Origin: Zootoca vivipara
Lineage: Eukaryota
Direction: 5' to 3'
Length of the DNA: 64,000 nt
NCBI RefSeq assembly: GCF_963506605.1
Contig: NC_083277.1
Coordinates: 4,464,001-4,528,000, forward strand
This document shows, piece by piece, positions 10,728 to 20,942 of the stretch. Position 1 is the stretch's first letter, and the number at the start of each line of letters is the position of its first letter. The notes below the pieces were generated by a model, which was not told the origin of the DNA, did no database searches, and saw only the letters and a program-made list of their open reading frames with translations. The translations under genes were made by a program, and so were the position numbers.

Positions 10728-13668
10728 TTATTTATACCCCGCCCATCTGGCTGGGTTTCCCCAGCCACTCTGGGCAGCTTACAACAGAAAAATGAAATAA
10801 AACAATTAAACATTAAAAGCCTCCCTAAACAGGACTGCCTTCAGATGTCTTCTAAAAATCTGGTAGCTGTTTTTCTCTTTGACATCTGATGGGAGGGCAT
10901 TCCACAGGGCAGGCGCCACCACCGAGAAGGCCCTCTATATGATGCTGTAAATTATTTTATTTTATTCATATGCAGACTATAATCTAGGCCTCACCTGCCC
11001 CACCCAAATTCGCACCATAAACTCTACAGTGTTGGGGAAATTGATTTGAACTGGAAAATTTGGTAATTTCCCACCAAGCTGGAGCTCAAACTGCATGCTG
11101 GAGTGGGGTTGGGTACACTGTCCCCAACCTTGTTTCCCCATGAGTCACTTTAAAGCCCTTTTTAAAAGCATTTTAAATTTGTGAAAATAAACAAGGGCAA
11201 ATAATGGGTTTTTTTGTGAGAGTGAATAGTATTACAGTGGTATCTCTGGTTAAGAACTTAATTCATTCCGGAGGTCCGTTCTTAATCTGAAACTGTTCTT
11301 AACCTGAGATACCGCTTTAGCTAATGGGGCCTCCTGCTGCCGCCACGCCGCTGCCACACGATTTCTGTTCTCATCCTGAAGCAAAGTCCTTAACCTGAGG
11401 TACTACTTCCGGGTTAGCAGAGTCTGTAAACTGAAGTGTCTGTAACCCGAAGTACTACTGTAACTCTGTATGATATAAATCTGCAAGATCCCAGTGGCAT
11501 CCTGATTTGATTGGTGATGAAAAATGCTGTAACAATCACCAATAACATGCATCCCTGACCATCCTTGTTTAACATTTTTAATGAAGTTTCCATGCTCCGA
11601 CATCCAGACATTTTTCTGCATAAAGTCATCAATCACCCTCTGGCTCAGTGCCCTCCACCCAGTGCCAATAAAAACTGCAGAGATTCCCTTTTCTTAACAC
11701 CTGTTTCCTGTCCTATCAGGCCTCTGATATTTCCTTCATCCTTTGCTCTGCCATTGTTGGAGCAGCAAAAGTTGTTTCTAAACTAGATACCGTACCGTAC
11801 CTATACCGTAGATACCGTACTTGTGCATCAGCAGTATTTACCTGGGGGGGGGGTTAGGGTCCCTCCACACCTCATGGCTCAATTCCACATCTCTAACCCT
11901 TTCCCCTTGATGCTCCTTCGCTTAATTGCCAGATTGTGCCTTGCGCCAGGTGTACTGAAAGCTGTCGCCCTGGATATGCCAAGGTAGTTCAAGAAGGACA
12001 ACCGGTTTGCTGCTATGCTTGTGCACTGTGTGCTGAAGGGACAATCTCCACTCAAGAAGGTGGGTAACGTAGAGGGGAAGGGCATTCCTTGGGAGAATAT
12101 GAATAGAGATTTACTCAGAGATCTAAGAGGCCAGCATGTTGAAAACCATCAGAAAATACAGGGAATAAAGAGAAGAGGGATTAGAGAGGGAATTTGCTAT
12201 ATAAACAAAATGTAAATGTAAAAAGGCACAAGGAGAATAATAGAATCAGAGTTCTGGTTACAGGTAGGTAGCCGTGTTGGTCTGGATCGAAGTAAAATAA
12301 AAAAATTCCTTCAGTAGCACCTTAAAGACCAACTAAGTTTTTAGCAAATCGTTTCCGGTCATCAACAGCTATCAGTCAGTCAATCACCCATTTCCACCAC
12401 CCTTCTGAGTGATCCCCCCTCCCCATCCCCACCCCTCCCCACCCCTTCTCTACATAAGTGCCTGGAAACTTCCATTTCACTGTATCTGAAGAAGTGTGCA
12501 TGCACACGAAGAATCAGAGTTAGAAGGGACCCCGAGTCCAAACCCCTGCAACTAAAGGAAGCTCAACTAAAGCATCCATGACAGATGGCCATCCAACCTC
12601 TGCTTGAAAACCTTTAAGGAAGAGGAGCCCACAAACTTCCAAGAGAGTTCGTTCCACAGTTGAACTGTACTTTCAAGCGTATATATTTTGGAATGTAGCA
12701 GAACACGTAATATTATGGTTCTAAGCTTCATGTTAGGACTACTGAACGCTCTCCTCTTCCTTTCAGATGCAGACTATTGCACCACATGTCCAGAAGATCA
12801 GCACCCAAACGAGCACCAAAATCAGTGTGTCCCCAAGGTTATCACCTTTCTTGCCTATGAAGAACCTTTGGGGATCACATTGGCTTCCTTTGCCCTATTC
12901 CTCTCCTTAACCATGGGCTTTGTTTTCGCCATCTTTGTTAGATACATGGAAACTCCCATAGTCAAAGCCAATAACCGAGACCTCTCCTATATCCTCCTCT
13001 TCTCCCTTCTGCTTTCCTTTTTGTCCTCCTTCCTCTTCATCGGCCGCCCAAGGAAAGCGACCTGCCTTCTCCGTCAAACAGCCTTCAGCATCATCTTCTC
13101 TGTTGCTGTTTCTTCTATGTTGGCAAAAACCATCACGGTGGTGCTGGCCTTCCTGGCTACAAAGCCAGGAAACAAGGTTAGAAGATGGCTTGGGAAAAGT
13201 CTGGCCAACTCCATTGTCATTGCCTGCTCTAGTGTCCAAGTTCTCATCTGCACCATCTGGCTGGGGACCTCTACCCCATTCCCAGTCTCTGACATGCACT
13301 CCCAGCCTACAGAGATTATCCTGCAATGTAATGAAGGGTCTGCTGCCATGTTTTATGGTTCCCTCAGCTATATGGGCTTCCTGGCTGCCATCTGCTTCAC
13401 AGTGGCTTTCCTAGCCAGGAAACTGCCTGGGTCCTTCAATGAAGCCAAGCTGATCACCTTCAGCATGCTGGTCTTCTGCAGTGTTTGGGTGTCTTTTGTT
13501 CCTACCTACCTGAGTACAAAGGGGAAATACATGGTAGCTGTGCAGGTCTTCTCCATCTTGGCCTCCAGTGCTGGGCTTCTGGGCTGCATCTTCATTCCCA
13601 AGTGCTACATTATTGTGCTGAGAGCTGATCTGAATACGAAGGAGCATGTCACAATGAAATCGAAGTGA
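5696..13668 (+). CDS. Vmn2r: Vomeronasal type-2 receptor V2R-1, 855 aa; join(5696-5910,7845-8136,9027-9830,10346-10573,11933-12059,12767-13668)
   Basis: Signal peptide [18 protein letters not shown]; Venus-flytrap motifs ([30 protein letters not shown]); cysteine-rich exon 5; 7TM exon with TPIVKANN and [11 protein letters not shown]. All introns GT-AG, phases compatible, total 2568 nt with no internal stop. Confidence 0.95.
6094..6699 (-). mobile_element. CR1 LINE, 5'-truncated, young family
   Basis: ORF2 C-terminus ([13 protein letters not shown]...LEKRRLRGD) plus 3' UTR and ATTCTATG-type tail; near-identical to 22805-23472 and 50273-50953. Confidence 0.95.
7165..7297 (+). mobile_element. 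CR1 3' tail fragment
   Basis: ggggttggactggatggcc...tatgattctatgattct; absent from the paralogous intron of V2R-2. Confidence 0.85.
7360..7807 (+). mobile_element. Probable solo-LTR fragment
   Basis: Begins TGTAAG, AATAAA near the 3' end, absent from the paralogous intron 1 of V2R-2; no TSD found. Confidence 0.5.
8257..8715 (+). mobile_element. Non-autonomous Helitron
   Basis: 5' TC(TA)n, 3' hairpin gccacagcaatgcgtggc followed by CTAG, inserted between A and T with no TSD; empty site visible in V2R-2 intron 2 (about 30560-30580). Confidence 0.8.
10647..10935 (-). mobile_element. L2 3' end with expanded (TAA)n tail
   Basis: ataccccgcccatctggctgggtttccccagccactctgggc block shared with the L2 copies at 38.6k, 40.5k, 47.9k and 63.6k. 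Confidence 0.85.
11235..11460. mobile_element. Tc1/mariner (pogo/Tigger-like) MITE
   Basis: TA-cagtggta...tactactg-TA. Confidence 0.75.
12254..12510. mobile_element. Penelope-like element remnant inserted in a CR1 tail
   Basis: gttacaggtaggtagccgtgttggtctg end and ctgaagaagtgtgcatgcacacgaa motif; 12-bp duplication agaatcagagtt on both sides. Confidence 0.7.
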
Positions 13669-14273
13669 GACATCTTATTTAAGATATCTTTATTGTCATT
13701 GTCCCCTTGCGGGAACAACGAAATTACTGTTCTTCTTTTTAAGATTGAAGAGATTATTTTTTGATGTTCGTGTTAGCTGCCCTTTTTAGCAAGCAGTTCT
13801 CTTAAGTTGAGATGCCACAAACTGGACCTGAGGCCTTTATTCACCATTAAATTATGATGTTAACTAAATGAAGCCTCTTATTCTCAAAATTTCCAGTTCT
13901 GCGGATAGATTTGACTTTAAAATATTTCTTTCTTAAACCCTGTTCAGCTGGTGGGCTGTCGATGAAATGTGTGGGGTCAGGCCACTGTCTAATTTACTCG
14001 TTACAAGCATGTCAGAAGATAGATGCTCCTTTTTCCCTTTTGGGGGAGGGAGAAACTGGACAGAAGTAGCTTGGCAGCGAATTTGAAAGGGAATCCCTTA
14101 ATCAGAGGAAGAGTGGAGAGATGAGGACTTACAGCCTTAAGTGATGATACTGAGCATTAAACAGCTCAGGATCACAATACTTCATGGACCACTCTCTCCT
14201 ATGAACCTATCTGGACCCAGAGATCATCATCTGAAGCCCTTCTTCGTGTGGCTCCTCCAGGAAAGGTCCAGAG

Positions 14274-14409
14274 CAGGCATCCCCAAACTTTGGCCCTTAA
14301 GATGTTTTGGACTACAATTCCCATCATCCCTGACCACTCGTCCTGTTAGCTAGGGATCATGGGAGTTGTAGGCAAAAACATCTGGAGGGCTGCAGTTTGG
14401 GGATGCCTG
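14274..14409. mobile_element. Palindromic hAT-Charlie MITE inside an old L2 fragment
   Basis: TIR caggcatccccaaact; perfect 8-bp TSD gtccagag. Confidence 0.85.
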
Positions 14410-14517
14410 GTCCAGAGGGTGGCAACAAGAGAACAGGCCTTTTCTGTGATGGCTCCTCATTTGTGGAATACCCTCCCCAGGGAGGTTCGGCTGGTGCCTT
14501 CATTATTTATAATTTAG

Positions 14518-15078
14518 GTGGGGCCTACAGGGGGGTCTGAAGGAGGACTTTGAAGGCCCATTTAGGGCCTACAGGGGAGTCAGAAGGGGGACTCTGAGGG
14601 CCCATTTCACAGACTAAGCCACAGGGGGCCTACAGGGGACTCTGAAGGGGGACTCTGGGGGGCCCATTTAAGAGACTAAGCCACAGTGGGGCCTACAGGG
14701 GAGTCTGAAGGGGGACTTTGAGGGCCCATTTAAGAGACTAAGCCACAGTGGGGCCTACAGGGGAGTCTGAAGGGGGACTCTGAGGGCCCATTTAAGAGAC
14801 TAAGCCACAGTGGGGCCTATAGGGGAGTCTGAAGGGGGACTCTGAGGGCCCATTTAAGAGACTAAGCCACAGTGGGGCCTACAGGGGACTCTGAAGGGGG
14901 ACTCTGAGGGACCATATAAGAGACTCAGCCAAAGTGGGGCCTATAGGGGTCTCTGAAGGGGGACTTTGAGGGCCCATTTAAGAGACTAAGCCACAGTGGG
15001 GCCTACAGGGGACTCTGAAGGGGGACTTTGAGGGCCCATTTCACAAACTAAGCCACAGTGGGGCTTACAGGGGAGTCT
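14518..15078. repeat. 62-bp minisatellite, about 9 copies
   Basis: Unit gtggggcctacaggggagtctgaagggggactctgagggcccatttaagagactaagccaca; unit starts at 14686, 14748, 14810, 14872, 14934, 14996 and 15058. Confidence 0.95.
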
Positions 15079-15279
15079 TGATTATTGCACCTTATACTGG
15101 ATTTTTAATACTTCGACCATGAGATGTTGTAAACATTTGTAAACATTTTTAATCTCGTTGTATATGTAAAGGTTGTTGGTGCATATACATTTAAATATTT
15201 GCTCTTCACAGTTGTTTACCTTTTCATTGTTTTGCATTTCAAAGATTAAGCCACAGCATCGCGTGGCAGGGCCAGCTAG
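15079..15279 (+). mobile_element. Helitron 3' end
   Basis: gccacagcatcgcgtggcagggccagCTAG|t, the same terminus as 8257-8715. Confidence 0.7.
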
Positions 15280-15404
15280 TATATCTATAAATCAAAAGAA
15301 TAGATGAGGGGTTCAAAATTACCTTGGGCATATAAGGAGGTGCTTTCAGTCTTTCTGTGTCTTCATGCAATTATAACAGTGGGAGTGATGCTGCTATTCC
15401 TATA

Positions 15405-15611
15405 CAGTGGTACCTCTACTTACGAATTTAATGCGTTCCGAACACACAAGTCGAAAAAATTTGCAAGTCGAATCCCATAGGAATGCATTGGGAGAAAAAA
15501 TTTGTAAGTAGAAGCAACCCTATCTAGAAAAAATCCTATCTAAACCGCATCCAAGATGGCGGACGGAGCTCCGTTCGTAAGTAGAAACATTCGTAAATAG
15601 AGGTACCACTG
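15405..15611. mobile_element. Tc1/mariner (pogo/Tigger-like) MITE
   Basis: TA-cagtggtacctctacttacgaa ... ttcgtaaatagaggtaccactg-TA. Confidence 0.85.
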
Positions 15612-16077
15612 TAGAAACATTTCCAACTCCCTCCCCCAAACACCAAAACCAGCTCACTCTCAGTCCGTCCTCATTCAGAAGCAACACTCCAGACTCACAC
15701 ACTCCCCCTCCCTATCGAACAGTACATTCAATATTATATTATGCTTACTATTGTGAAATGTTACCCTCATTACTTTAAAAACATGTCTAGACAATGTTAC
15801 ATACAAACAACAGAAGCTCACATACGCTGCATGCCTTTAAGATGGAATTCCTGTCACTTATGTGAAGGAAAGTGTCCATTCAGAGAGAAAGAGGTTCTAC
15901 ACTTTAAAAAGCGTTCCATAATAACCAAAGCAGAATCTGCAATCCTTCTATTTAAACCATTTCCCTTCTTTGAGTTAATTCATGGCTTGTAGAGTTTCCA
16001 CTCCTAGAGCTCTTACCCCTCAGAGTCTTTAGGGGATTTGTAAGACTTCCACTACAACTGAACCTCTATCCACTTCC

Positions 16078-17211
16078 CTAACACTTATATGGTTTCTCCC
16101 CAGTATGAATTTGTTGATGTTTTGTAAGACTTCCACTCTGACTGAAGTTCTTTCCACACTCCATACATTTATAAGGTTTCTCCCCTGTGTGTGTTCGATG
16201 ATGTGAATTCAGTTGCCCACCCATACAGAAGCTCTTTCCACACTGCATACAGTTAAATGGTTTCTCCCCAGTGTGAGTCCGTTGATGAATTCTTAGTTCT
16301 CCACTCTGACTGAACCTCTTTCCACACTCCATGCATTTAAATGGTTTATCCCCCGTGTGAGTTCGTTGATGAATTCTAAGATGTCCACTCCTACTGAAGC
16401 TCTTTCCACACTCCATACATTTAAATGGTTTCTCCCCAGTGTGAGTCCGTTGATGAATTCTTAGTGCTCCACTATAAGGGAAGTTCTTTCCACACTCCAT
16501 ACATTTAAATGGTTTCTCCCCAGTGTGAGTCCGTTGATGAATTCTTAGTGTTCCATTCTCCGTGAAGCTCTTTCCACACTCCATGCATTTAAATGGTTTA
16601 TCCCCCGTGTGAGTTCGTTGATGAATTCTAAGATGTCCACTCCTACTGAAGCTCTTTCCACACTCCATACATTTAAATGGTTTCTCCCCAGTGTGAGTCC
16701 GTTGATGAATTCTTAGTGTTCCACTCTGACTGAAGCTCGTTCCACACTCCATGCATTTAAATGGTTTATCCCCCGTGTGAGTCCGTTGATGAATTCTAAG
16801 TTTTCCACCCTCTGTGAAGCCCTTTCCACATTCCATGCATTTAAATGGTTTCTCTCCTGTGTGAGTCTGTTGATGAATTCTAAGATTTCCACTCTGACTG
16901 AAGCTCGTTCCACACTCCATGCATTTAAATGGTTTATCCCCCGTGTGAGTTCGTTGATGAATTCTAAGATGTCCACTCTGACTGAAGCTCTTTCCACACT
17001 CCATGCATTGAAATGGTTTCTCCCCCGTGTGAGTCCGTTGATGAATTCTAAGGTGTCCACTCTGACTGAAGCTCTTTCCGCACTCCATGCATTTAAATGG
17101 TTTTTTAACGGCTTCTTCATTATTTGCATTGAAATGCCCCCCCAGATTTCTGACGGCCTTCTCCATTGTCACCTTTGGAGGGTGAAGGGGGGAGGAAATC
17201 CTATTTGTTTT
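16078..17211 (-). CDS. Terminal exon of a tandem C2H2 zinc-finger gene, 12 fingers (possibly pseudogenised; upstream exons not identified)
   Basis: 12 repeats of CxxC-x12-HxxxH with TGEKP/TGDKP linkers; polypyrimidine-AG acceptors give exon starts at 17211 or 17172; no KRAB, SCAN or SET exon recognised. Confidence 0.8.
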   Translation of the reverse strand, partial: KTNRISSPLHPPKVTMEKAVRNLGGHFNANNEEAVKKPFKCMECGKSFSQSGHLRIHQRTHTGEKPFQCMECGKSFSQSGHLRIHQRTHTGDKPFKCMECGTSFSQSGNLRIHQQTHTGEKPFKCMECGKGFTEGGKLRIHQRTHTGDKPFKCMECGTSFSQSGTLRIHQRTHTGEKPFKCMECGKSFSRSGHLRIHQRTHTGDKPFKCMECGKSFTENGTLRIHQRTHTGEKPFKCMECGKNFPYSGALRIHQRTHTGEKPFKCMECGKSFSRSGHLRIHQRTHTGDKPFKCMECGKRFSQSGELRIHQRTHTGEKPFNCMQCGKSFCMGGQLNSHHRTHTGEKPYKCMECGKNFSQSGSLTKHQQIHTGEKPYKC

Positions 17212-17586
17212 CTAGGAAGAAAACAAAGGAATATTACACACATCAATCAACATCTGCTCTTATTATAACATCTAATACATTCTCTCCTGCCCTCCATATG
17301 TTCCAGATTTTTAAGAAAGGCAAATGAAATAATGTTAAATAATTGTAATGCATCATCAGCCTTTCATAACCCTTAATCAGCGTTAAGGAAGCAGCATTAT
17401 CTTAGAAGACGCTTGAACTGTGGAGTTTACTTTTTATTTAAAAAAGTGGTTTCTCATAGGAAAGGGGGCTGCTCTATGTCCATGAACCTGCCCACTATTC
17501 ATCAGGGTCCTAAGTTAAATTAATACAATTTTGTGCACTGGAAGCAACATTAGTGCTTCTAGAAGCAAGAGAAGTCTTGGAAGCTA

Positions 17587-17713
17587 CAGTAGTACCTCAG
17601 GTTATGAACTTAATTCGTTCTGGAGGTCCGTTCTTAACCTGAAATCATTCTTAATCTGAGGTACCACTTTAGCTAATGGAGCCTCCCGCTGCCGCCGCCA
17701 CACAATTTCTATT
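17587..17713. mobile_element. Truncated Tigger-like MITE, same family as 11235-11460
   Basis: TA-cagtagtacctcaggttatgaacttaattcgttc start; no right end. Confidence 0.65.
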
Positions 17714-17714
17714 C

Positions 17715-20415
17715 TGAAGAACCTTCTACCTGGGAGGAGATGCCAACTGCAGAAGCCTCTCTTTGGAGGAAGGCCACACAGAAGGAGATGTTGTACTTCA
17801 TCAGAAGAAGACCTGGACCCTTTCTGACCTACCTCCCGGTAAGAAGGCCATACGAAGGAAGTGGGTGTTTCAGATTAAGAAAGGGCAGAAGAGGAAGTGC
17901 AGCGCAAGGCTTTTCTCAACGCTATGGGGAAGATTATGATGAAGTCTTTGCGCCAGACTCCGCCCATGTGCTGGAGGGAATGGTGGACAATACCATCAGC
18001 TCCGCTTCAACGGTGTTTTTCGGTGGCTGCCTTGGGAGTAAGCAGCCTCCCTTACCCCTCCCGGGATGACGGGAGGGGCCGCTGGCCCGCAGATGCCCCT
18101 TAACCCACCCGGACCCTGCGGGGGTGGGGTGGGGTCTGGGCTGAGCACCCATTGGAGTCGGCACTCCTGGAAGCCACCCAACAGGAACATGGGTCCCATT
18201 ACTTGTAATTTTAATTAGAGGAAAGTTTTGGGCATGCCTCAGATGATGAGTGAAAATTTATTGCTTATGGACACAGCCCTGAGTAGCAGAGAAAACTATT
18301 TGAATTACGGCCACTGAGAGATAAGAGGGAACATCGCAGGAAAGGAATGAAGATGGATTATCTGGAGAATCCGAGACGCCTTACAGGGAAGTGCAACCTT
18401 TTTTGTTTTTTTCTTATATAATATATCAAATACCTTTCCTGGACGGAACATCGGACTTGATCTAGAGCAGCAGGAAAATAGAAAGGATAAACTGTGTGGA
18501 CATGGAAATATAAACAAATATGAAAATGGAGGAATTATATATATCTTGACAATTTTGCAAAAATCTCCCTTAAAATCCTGGTCCTGGTTGAGATGCTTCA
18601 AGATTTGAGACTTTAATGAGGATTTAAGATCTGTGTCGCAGTTCGTAATTAAGAGAAGATGGCTCTGGAATGGAATGCAGCTAAAGGCGGGGAAGAAGCC
18701 AATCGGTATTTCAAGAGGAGTGATAATATTTGACTGGCTGAATCTCCGCTGGAAAAGCTGCAATTCTATTTTTGGAGGAGCCATGGAGTGGAATTTGGAC
18801 ATAATCTGAAGTTTTTCTAATGAGTAATTTATTGCCTCATTAGAGCTTTGCCAAAACATTACAACAGTCCAAGCACGCTTCCTTATCTGTGCCACTCCTG
18901 GCAAAGAAATGCAGAATTTTCTCCTTCACAGCGGAAGGTATGTTGACCACAGAGGGCAACACACAAATAAATCACAGAGGACTATTCTTTCCTCTAAGCT
19001 AAAGTCTTTTATTTACACATTATAAATCCTGGCGAGCGGCGAGCAGATTGCAAAAACGAAACCTAATTACAGCACACAGAGAACAAAGAGAACAGATTCC
19101 CGTATGTAACATGTAACGTAATCCCCCCCTGCTCCCTCCTCCCAGTGGCCAGACGTCACACAGCAAGCTGCTTAACCCTTTAGCTGCTAGCTCTGATACT
19201 CCTCACACATAATTTATGATTTAAATGGTATTAGGGGCCAGCGAACAGAGGGAGTTTAAAGACAAAGTCCACACAGAGACAGAAAATATTTGGATAACAT
19301 CCGGCTTGCAACATAGACTCAGAGGCCAAAAAAAGGATTGTAGATTTGGAAAATACATGAAGTTTATATCAGAGGCTGTTTAATAAGGGACAAATTTTAA
19401 AAAGCAATTGGTATTAGTGATTAGCAGGGAGCTCTGGAAATCTGAGGCATGGGAGTCCGAAAAATTAAGTATAATTGGCTATAATTGGAATGTTTTCTTT
19501 AATTGGAATTGTATAATTAATTTGGATGTCTAATATAAAATGTAATTGGGAATCATTTCAATGTGATTTGATGTGTTTTAATTGGAAAATTTAATAAAAA
19601 TAATTTTGAAGTCTTTGCGCCAACTGTGAGGTACAGCAGCGTAAGAATGCTTTTGAGCATTGCAGCCGCCAAGCAAATGGAAATGAGGCACATTGACATT
19701 GCAAGTGCCTTTCTTCAGGGTGAAATTTCAGAGGTTTTATGAAACCACATGAGGGACATTTAGTGAGCAAACTGCAAAAGGGACTTCATGGACTTGATGC
19801 TAGAGCCTGGAATCAGAAATGGACCATTTATTTTTCATACATTTTAGCTTTTGCTGATGACTCGATTCTTGCCACAGCAAATGAAAGAGACTATGCACAG
19901 ATTGTGAAACACCTAAGTAAAGAAGTTGAGGTCAAGGAACTGGGAAAGATCCAGAACTACCTCGGAATCCAAGTTGAAAGAAAAGAAGATGGGTCATTTA
20001 TTCCAAATCAACGGCAGAAGATCCTTATCCAGAATTTGCAAATGCAAGATGCACTCCCAGTTGCAACGCCCATGGCTACTGACTTCTTAAAGAATCAGCA
20101 GGATTTGAAACCATTACCTGACAACATAGAATCCAGGTCAGCAATTGGTAGACTTTTGTATCTTGGTACCACTTGGAAACCTGACTTAGTTAATGCTGTG
20201 GGAATTATTAGCAGGAAGGTAAATGCCCCCCCCCTGAACAGGACTGTGTGGGTGTGAAAAGGGGGGTACGGTATTTGAAGGGCACAATGAATAGTAAATG
20301 GAGGTTGCCAGATGTTAGTAATCCTGAAAAGTTTGGGTATATTGATGCATATTGGGCCAGATGTACCACTGACTACAAATCCACAGGTGGATATGTATTT
20401 ATGTTTGAGGAGGGA
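17715..20415 (+). mobile_element. Degenerate Ty1/copia pol fragment (RT and start of RNase H), interrupted at 17956-19606
   Basis: Across frames: EEPSTWEE..WRKA, TWTLSDLPPGKKAI..KWVF, AQGFSQRYGEDYDEVFAP|TVRYSSVRMLL..DIASAFLQG, FADD, IGRLLYL, RYLKG, GYIDAYWA..DYKSTGGYVF. Confidence 0.9.
17956..19606 (+). mobile_element. Non-coding L1-like (non-LTR) insertion
   Basis: 16-bp TSD tgaagtctttgcgcca (17940-17955, 19607-19622); GC-rich 5' end, AT-rich 3' end with AATAAA; related to 26277-27350 and 53270-53590. Confidence 0.7.
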
Positions 20416-20903
20416 TTCAATAAATAAATAAAAATAGCAATTGTAGTAATAATTACACAGGTGGGGGGGGGACCATTAGCAATCTTTCCAATCCCTTAAA
20501 TCCCACAGGCATGAGAACTGATACAGAGGCAATAATGGAAACCTGGTAGAATGGAGAGAAGGAGTTGGGCACAGGTATCTCTGGGTAGGAACCCTTTAGA
20601 TGCTTCTCCCCAGAAACACGGGCATGTGGGTGAGACTGTAGTTGCCAAGACAGAAGCCTCAAAGGGCGGAAAGAATAAAGTGGGCTTCCTCCCTTTCCTC
20701 TCTCCCCCCCCCCCATGGTTAGATTCCCTATAAGAGCCCCCAGCGCCCCAAGCAGGAGCTGACCTGGGACTTCTGGCAGGGCAAGGACTGAGCTTCAAGG
20801 GAGGAGAGGGTGGGTGGATCAGGCCTCCTGTTCAGGGATCTCTCCGTGGTCTACTCAAAGGAGATTCCTGGGCAGGAGGGAGAAGTCAAGGCAGGCAGCC
20901 CCC

Positions 20904-20905
<2 letters not shown>

Positions 20906-20937
<32 letters not shown>
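20906..20937. repeat. (TC)n microsatellite
   Basis: Directly visible. Confidence 0.95.

Positions 20938-20942
<5 letters not shown>

Noticed and set aside
12688-12766. ORF-track N-termini at 12688, 37442 and 59439 as real starts of single-exon 7TM genes
   Set aside because: They are intron read-through upstream of clear tttcag acceptors of V2R exon 6.
14518-15078. CRISPR-like array (also 62069-62919)
   Set aside because: Head-to-tail repeats with no unique spacers, in vertebrate DNA, with no cas genes.
16078-17211. PRDM9
   Set aside because: The array is homogenised like PRDM9, but no KRAB, SSXRD or PR/SET exon is recognisable upstream and helix position +6 is invariant.
18305-18904. 199-aa minus-strand ORF as a gene
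   Set aside because: Antisense within a TSD-flanked retroposon; no recognisable domain.
20267-20273. TACGGTA as another transposon footprint
   Set aside because: It encodes V-R-Y of the conserved copia RYLKG motif.
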